Part shown: positions 18,541 through 23,374 of the stretch, piece by piece | Layout of the letters: every line of letters begins with the position of its first letter | Numbering within the stretch: position 1 is the first letter of the stretch | Assembly (NCBI GenBank): GCA_048938445.1 | Contig: JBHLME010000068.1 | Coordinates: forward strand, 1 to 23,374 | Reading direction: 5' to 3' | DNA from: Promethearchaeota archaeon | Lineage (GTDB): Archaea; Asgardarchaeota; Lokiarchaeia; Sigyniarchaeales; SOKP01 | DNA length: 23,374 nucleotides | Notes under the pieces: generated by a model | The model's database searches: none | Told to the model about the DNA's origin: nothing | What the model saw: only the letters and a program-made list of their open reading frames with translations | Program-made: the position numbers and the translations under genes

Positions 18541-19746
18541 ATGAATAAAATCAAAATGATTGTTAAAAATAACCTTCGTTATGTTGGTCCTCGAGCAATT
18601 TTTGATCCAAATTTTATTCCTCCGGAATTATTATTCCGTAAAAAGGAAGAACATTCTCTCTTTTCGATATTAAATGATTCAATTTCAGATGATTTTAGTA
18701 TAAATATACTTTATCAAGGTATCCAGGGTATAGGAAAGAAAGCAATTATTCAAAAAGTTTTAAAAGATTTACTCATTCAGAATAGAAATTACTCTAATGT
18801 AAAGATAGTTAACATTGAATGTAGAGAAAAAACCTTACACGAATTGATTATTTACTTATTAGCTGAAATTAAAAAATTATTGAGATTAGATCTAAAAATA
18901 GAAACTATAATTAATTTAGGAGTTTCCCGTTTATGGAGTATTTTTAAACTAGCCTGCAAAAAATTTAATGGACCACTTTTTTTACTATTCAATAATATTG
19001 AAAATTTAAAACCCGGAATTTTTAATAAATTCATATCATTGTCAAAGGAATCTAATATTTCTCTCATTTCGACGGTCAATAAAGTTCTTAGAGCCTCAAC
19101 TCTCGAGCTTTTATCTGATTTTGATATAAAAAAGAAACCCAAAATATTTTCATATAAAGAGCTACATTCAATTTTACAACATAGGGCGTCCCTTACATTT
19201 CCACATGAAATTGATAAAGAACTTATTGATTTCATGACAGATCTAACTTGTGAACACTATGCCCCTGTTCCTGGGAAAGGCATAGAACTTTTCCGTGATA
19301 TATATCCCGTCCTTAAAGATAATAGAACTATTGAACAATCAGAGATGCTAGAAATCTGTCACACTCAATTTGATACCTTTAGGATTTCTGATGACTTTTC
19401 AATGCTTACATACTTCTCTGAAGAAGATCTCCTTACAACTCTCTTTTTAGATAACCTATCAAATTATTTTCTAAAAAATTCAAAATACTATATTAAAATG
19501 AAGAATTTAAAGGATATATACGAAATTTCTTGTGAAAATTTAGAATATGAAAAAAATCTAGAAGAATTTAATGAGATAGTTAATAAAATTAACAATTTAG
19601 GAATATTAAACGTATCTAGAAAAAATAATAACCTATCGAAAAAAAGCTTATATAATCAGGATGTATTAAAATGTGATCTTTTTTTCATGGTTATTAATCC
19701 ATACCAATTAAAATCCATTGTTGATGTCTTATTTGGCAAATTATGA
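18541..19746 (+). CDS. cdc6: Orc1/Cdc6-family protein with degenerate Walker motifs
   Basis: FDPNFIPPELLFRKKE N-terminus, GIQGIGKK, VNIEC, F.YKEL.SILQHRA; C-terminal wHTH (YE..C, LGIL). Confidence 0.8.
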   Translation: MNKIKMIVKNNLRYVGPRAIFDPNFIPPELLFRKKEEHSLFSILNDSISDDFSINILYQGIQGIGKKAIIQKVLKDLLIQNRNYSNVKIVNIECREKTLHELIIYLLAEIKKLLRLDLKIETIINLGVSRLWSIFKLACKKFNGPLFLLFNNIENLKPGIFNKFISLSKESNISLISTVNKVLRASTLELLSDFDIKKKPKIFSYKELHSILQHRASLTFPHEIDKELIDFMTDLTCEHYAPVPGKGIELFRDIYPVLKDNRTIEQSEMLEICHTQFDTFRISDDFSMLTYFSEEDLLTTLFLDNLSNYFLKNSKYYIKMKNLKDIYEISCENLEYEKNLEEFNEIVNKINNLGILNVSRKNNNLSKKSLYNQDVLKCDLFFMVINPYQLKSIVDVLFGKL

Positions 19747-19877
19747 ACAGAATATGGAAGTTATGTATACCATCATTATCGAAAAAAAGGAATTTTATAA
19801 AAATTAGCTAAAACTTTTTTTACTTTTTTTCTATATTTTTAATAACAAAGATAAAGTGTTGATAGAAGGAGAATATA

Positions 19878-22800
19878 TTGACTTGGATTAATAAAATCTC
19901 CATGACAGGTTTTAAATCTTTTGGAGATCGAACGGTAACTATTAAATTATCAAGTGGATTCACGTGTATAGTAGGTCCAAATGGGGCCGGAAAATCAAAT
20001 ATCATTGACGCATTATGTTTTTGCTTAGGTCGGCTAAGTAAAAAAACTATGAGAGCAAAAAGTTTAGAAGATTTAATATTTGCAGGTTCAAAAGGAAAAA
20101 ATCCCTCAAATAGAGCAGCTGTAACTATCTTTTTCGATAATACTGAAAAAATATTTCCAGGGGAAGGTGACAATTTTTCCATTACTCGTACTATTAAACG
20201 TGGTGGGGGCGGAGGGTATAAAATGAATGGAGTTAAAGCAACCAGGCAACAAATACTAAATGCTTTAGCTGCAGCTAATATCGATCCTGAAGGAAGCAAT
20301 CAATTCGTCTTACAAGGTAAGATTGTAGAACTTACCCACATGAATTCGGAAGACAGAAGGAGATTTATTGAAGAACTCATAGGCCTACAAAAATATGACG
20401 ATATGAAAAATTCTACGTTAAAAGAATTGGAAAAAGCAGAAAGAGATTTGGGACAGTTTGAAGCCATTTTTAAGGAGGTCTCAGCACAATTACAAAAAGT
20501 TGAAAAAGAAAAAAATGACGCTTTAGCATGGAAAGAATTGGAAGAGAAAATTAATCTTTATAATGCTCAATTAATTGCTTTAAAAATCTCTAAACTGAGA
20601 AAAGAAGAAGATGAATTGGACGGTAAAATCGAAGAATCTCAAAAGATTATTGAAGAATTGGAAGAAAAAATAACCAGACAAGAAGATGTCTTAAAACAAG
20701 AATCCCTTGTAATGGAAAACATTCAAAGAACTATTTCTGAAAAAGAAAGTGAGAGAGAAGAGATTAAAGAAAATATCACGCAATTTAAAACTCAATTATC
20801 ATCTAATAAAACTACTTTAAATCTCTCAAAAAAATCAATAGAAAAATTAACTCTAGATAGAGAGAATTTAAAAAGCCAGCAAATTCAACTCGAAGAAGGA
20901 AAAACTCTTGATTCATTGATAGAAGATGCAATGAAAGAGAATTCTGAAATAGAAAATAATATCGAAGAGAAAAAATTAGAGATTGAAAAAAGCCAAGAAA
21001 CCCAAGCGGAATTGGATAAAAAAATTAAAGAAAATGAAAAAGAAAAATCAAATTTTAAGGGCGAAATTTCAAAGATAAAACAAAATATCTCTTCTAATAA
21101 GGCCCAAATTAAAGTTTTAAAAGAAAATATAACTAAAAATCAAGCTAAAAAAGAAAAATTACAGGAAGAATTAAATAGACTAAAAGGAGATGCTGAAGGA
21201 ATCGATGAGGCAATAGAAGCAACTAAAAAAATCGAAAATGAAATCCGGAATAACATTGAAAATTTAAATAAGAAGGTTACTGAAGAAAACCAGAAGCAAC
21301 AAGATTTAGAAAATAAAATTAAGAATCTCCAAGATGATAAAAATGCACTCAATTCTAAATTATCTGATTTTCATTCATCATTATCTTCTGTAAACACGGA
21401 AATTAAAATGAATAATGATAATATAGCTAATTTGAATGAAAAAAAATCATCAATAGAACAAAAAATTAAAGCTCTCAGCAAGGGAAAAGATACTGAAGAA
21501 GCTTTAAAAAGCATGCTAAAAGAAAGAGATGGAATATATAAGAGTCTCAATGAATTAAAGAAAAAAGCAAAAGAAGAGGATTCATCATTTCGAAAAAATG
21601 AAAAAGATTTAGAATTGCTGGAAATGAAATATAATTCGTTTCAATCAGAAATTAATGATAATAAAGGAAAGATCAATAACATCAATACCGAATCGAAAAT
21701 ATTCAGCAAGGAACTCACGGGACTCGAACGTGAAAAGCGCGATTTAGAAATGAAAGTTGAGACAACAAGCAAGAACTTAGCAAAAAGTGATTCTGATATT
21801 GAAAATTTAACTATTAAAAAAGATAATATCACGGGAAGAATAGAAGAATTAACTGAAGAAAAAAATGCTTTATTAAAAAGAATTGAAAGTTCTGAAGAAG
21901 ATTATGATAGAAATAAAGATGATATTTCTGGCGTTCTTCAGATATTAAACATGCTTACCCAAAACATAAGTATATCCGTTGATTCCATCAAAGGTGATAT
22001 ACAACTCTCAAATGCAGAATCCATCGAAATGTCCGCTCAAAACTTTAGGGATTTCATAAAAGACATCCTTGAAATAATGAAGGCGCTTGAAGGTGTTGAA
22101 TATGAAGAAGAAAAAACGGAAGAAAGTTCCCTGATGTTAAATTCCATTATTCAAACCTTATCCATTTTTACTGAGAATGCTGATGATACGATTGAACAAC
22201 TCATTGAAAAAGTTAAACTTACTTCTGATGTGGCAATCCAAGATTCCACTTCAAAATTCGATTCATTTGTCCAAGATCTCATGGATATCCTCCAAACTGT
22301 GCCAATATCGCTAAAAAAATTGACACTTTCCAAGAGCCAGGAATTATATAAACAACTGGAAGAAATTTCTGAAAATATTTCTTCCCAGAATGATGATTTG
22401 ACGGATACAGAGAAAAAATTAACCGAACTCAACATTAAGAAATCTCATGACTCGGAAACTCTTTCAGAAAATAATAGACGGATTGAGGGAATTAGTAAAA
22501 GAATCCAAGAATTATCCTCTAGAATTGGAAAATCGGAAGAAGAAGTTAATACACGGAATAAAACCATAAGCGAGAAAGAAAAAGACGTGGAATCAATCGA
22601 AAATGAAATGCAAACTCTCAAAAAATTAAAGGAAGAATATTGGGAAAAGATTTCCGACATCCAAGCAAGTATCGATAATAAGCAAAAAGAAGTAGATGAA
22701 TTTCAAAAAAAACTACAAGAATTACAAGGCATCCAAACATTATTTGAAAGGATTGAAGAAATAGAAACGAACATTTCTGACCTCAATAATGTCATAGAAG

Positions 22801-23374
22801 ACAAGAAAAAGGTCACTCTAGACTTAGATAACCAGATTAATAACGTTCAAAAAGAACAAGATGCCTTGCAGGAACAAATTGATAAATTTGTTGTAGAAAA
22901 AAATAAATTTTGGGAAATAACTGAGAATTTACGCAAGGAAAAAGAAGAAGAAAATAAAAAACTGGAAGATGTCATTGACCGCTTGAGAGGGCTTGAGAAT
23001 GTCATGAGGATCATCACGTCTATTGATGATTTAACTAAAGAAAATTCCGAAGCAACCTTAAGTATTGATGCGAGTCAGAATGAAATCGAAAATTTAAATG
23101 CTCAAGTTGATGATGTCCAAAAGAAAGTTGATGAGATACAACAAGTAGTTGATTCGTTCAATGATGATAAATCGAAAGAAATAGAAGTTCAAAAAGCTGC
23201 CCAAAAGAGTTTAAATAAATTGAATAAGGACCTACAAAATTCTCAGGGCAAGTTAAATGAATTAAATAAGAATAAAGACCGGGAGCTTCAAATCATTCGG
23301 TTGGGTGAAGACATTAAAGACACGGAAAAACAAGTTGAAACCATCGTCGAAGAAATACAAAAAATTGAAGAGGA
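19878..23374 (+). CDS. smc: SMC-family ATPase, 5' part (at least 1165 codons, runs off the window; absent from the ORF track)
   Basis: GAAGGAG RBS then TTG; MTWINKISMTGFKSFG, Walker A GPNGAGKSNIIDA, R-loop KTMRAKSLEDLIF, Q-loop FVLQGKI, RRRFIEELIG, then continuous coiled coil with no stop in manual translation. Confidence 0.93.
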   Translation, partial: MTWINKISMTGFKSFGDRTVTIKLSSGFTCIVGPNGAGKSNIIDALCFCLGRLSKKTMRAKSLEDLIFAGSKGKNPSNRAAVTIFFDNTEKIFPGEGDNFSITRTIKRGGGGGYKMNGVKATRQQILNALAAANIDPEGSNQFVLQGKIVELTHMNSEDRRRFIEELIGLQKYDDMKNSTLKELEKAERDLGQFEAIFKEVSAQLQKVEKEKNDALAWKELEEKINLYNAQLIALKISKLRKEEDELDGKIEESQKIIEELEEKITRQEDVLKQESLVMENIQRTISEKESEREEIKENITQFKTQLSSNKTTLNLSKKSIEKLTLDRENLKSQQIQLEEGKTLDSLIEDAMKENSEIENNIEEKKLEIEKSQETQAELDKKIKENEKEKSNFKGEISKIKQNISSNKAQIKVLKENITKNQAKKEKLQEELNRLKGDAEGIDEAIEATKKIENEIRNNIENLNKKVTEENQKQQDLENKIKNLQDDKNALNSKLSDFHSSLSSVNTEIKMNNDNIANLNEKKSSIEQKIKALSKGKDTEEALKSMLKERDGIYKSLNELKKKAKEEDSSFRKNEKDLELLEMKYNSFQSEINDNKGKINNINTESKIFSKELTGLEREKRDLEMKVETTSKNLAKSDSDIENLTIKKDNITGRIEELTEEKNALLKRIESSEEDYDRNKDDISGVLQILNMLTQNISISVDSIKGDIQLSNAESIEMSAQNFRDFIKDILEIMKALEGVEYEEEKTEESSLMLNSIIQTLSIFTENADDTIEQLIEKVKLTSDVAIQDSTSKFDSFVQDLMDILQTVPISLKKLTLSKSQELYKQLEEISENISSQNDDLTDTEKKLTELNIKKSHDSETLSENNRRIEGISKRIQELSSRIGKSEEEVNTRNKTISEKEKDVESIENEMQTLKKLKEEYWEKISDIQASIDNKQKEVDEFQKKLQELQGIQTLFERIEEIETNISDLNNVIEDKKKVTLDLDNQINNVQKEQDALQEQIDKFVVEKNKFWEITENLRKEKEEENKKLEDVIDRLRGLENVMRIITSIDDLTKENSEATLSIDASQNEIENLNAQVDDVQKKVDEIQQVVDSFNDDKSKEIEVQKAAQKSLNKLNKDLQNSQGKLNELNKNKDRELQIIRLGEDIKDTEKQVETIVEEIQKIEE
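20700..21800 (+). repeat. ~97-98-aa periodic modules in the SMC N-terminal arm
   Basis: LSSNK (20796), ISSNK (21087), LSSVN (21381), INNIN (21672), spaced 291/294/291 nt; Gly breaks EEGKT, LKGDA, SKGKD; boundaries approximate. Confidence 0.65.
22560..23374 (+). repeat. 90-aa periodic modules in the SMC C-terminal arm
   Basis: YWEK/FWEI (W codons 22641, 22911) and VQKEQDALQEQIDKF/VQKKVDEIQQVVDSF (22845, 23115), both exactly 270 nt apart. Confidence 0.65.

Noticed and set aside
1231-19746. TGA stop codons as possible selenocysteine read-through
   Set aside because: The TGA codons (pop5, marker 16, nuclease, uDENN, cdc6) fall at plausible protein ends, not at Cys-equivalent catalytic positions; no SECIS element was identified.
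884-22660. Antisense ORFs in the track (884-1117, 1409-1642, 4112-4294, 9881-10066, 13934-14230, 15474-15659, 15864-16115, 18852-19235, 19820-20299, 21140-21352, 21641-21832, 22151-22435, 22445-22660)
   Set aside because: All lie opposite well-supported genes and have the F/S/L/I-rich composition of shadow frames. The cluster after 19.8 kb is simply the reverse strand of smc.

Overview
AT-rich archaeal window, most likely Asgard (Lokiarchaeia-like); this is inferred from rpl15e, RNase P Rpp30/Pop5, Cdc6/Orc1 and a FLCN/SMCR8-like uDENN-longin protein. It has three parts. (1) Housekeeping block (1-5.9 kb): Pop5, Rpp30, DUF39/ferredoxin methanogenesis marker 16 protein, L15e, short D-3-phosphoglycerate dehydrogenase and DUF2095. 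(2) Accessory-looking block (6-15 kb): YwgA/Panacea-like protein with a SAMHD1/YwfO-like HD dNTPase, an unannotated box C/D guide RNA, a nuclease with four Zn-ribbon repeats, a radical SAM protein and an Rsm22/METTL17-like methyltransferase. (3) Second core block: uDENN protein, HAD hydrolase, nitrilase, ATPase-degenerate Cdc6, and an SMC gene missing from the ORF track that runs off the window end. Two observations stand out. First, a box C/D sRNA at ~8935-9036 has two k-turns and an unusually long terminal stem, and its D guide predicts 2'-O-methylation of the large-subunit rRNA P-loop G (E. coli G2251; the snR67/SNORD31 site). Second, the SMC ATPase is over-long and has no recognisable hinge or zinc hook. 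Its arms are built from tandem ~97-aa (N-arm) and 90-aa (C-arm) modules around a duplicated helical apex. All calls come from manual motif reading; no database searches were run.
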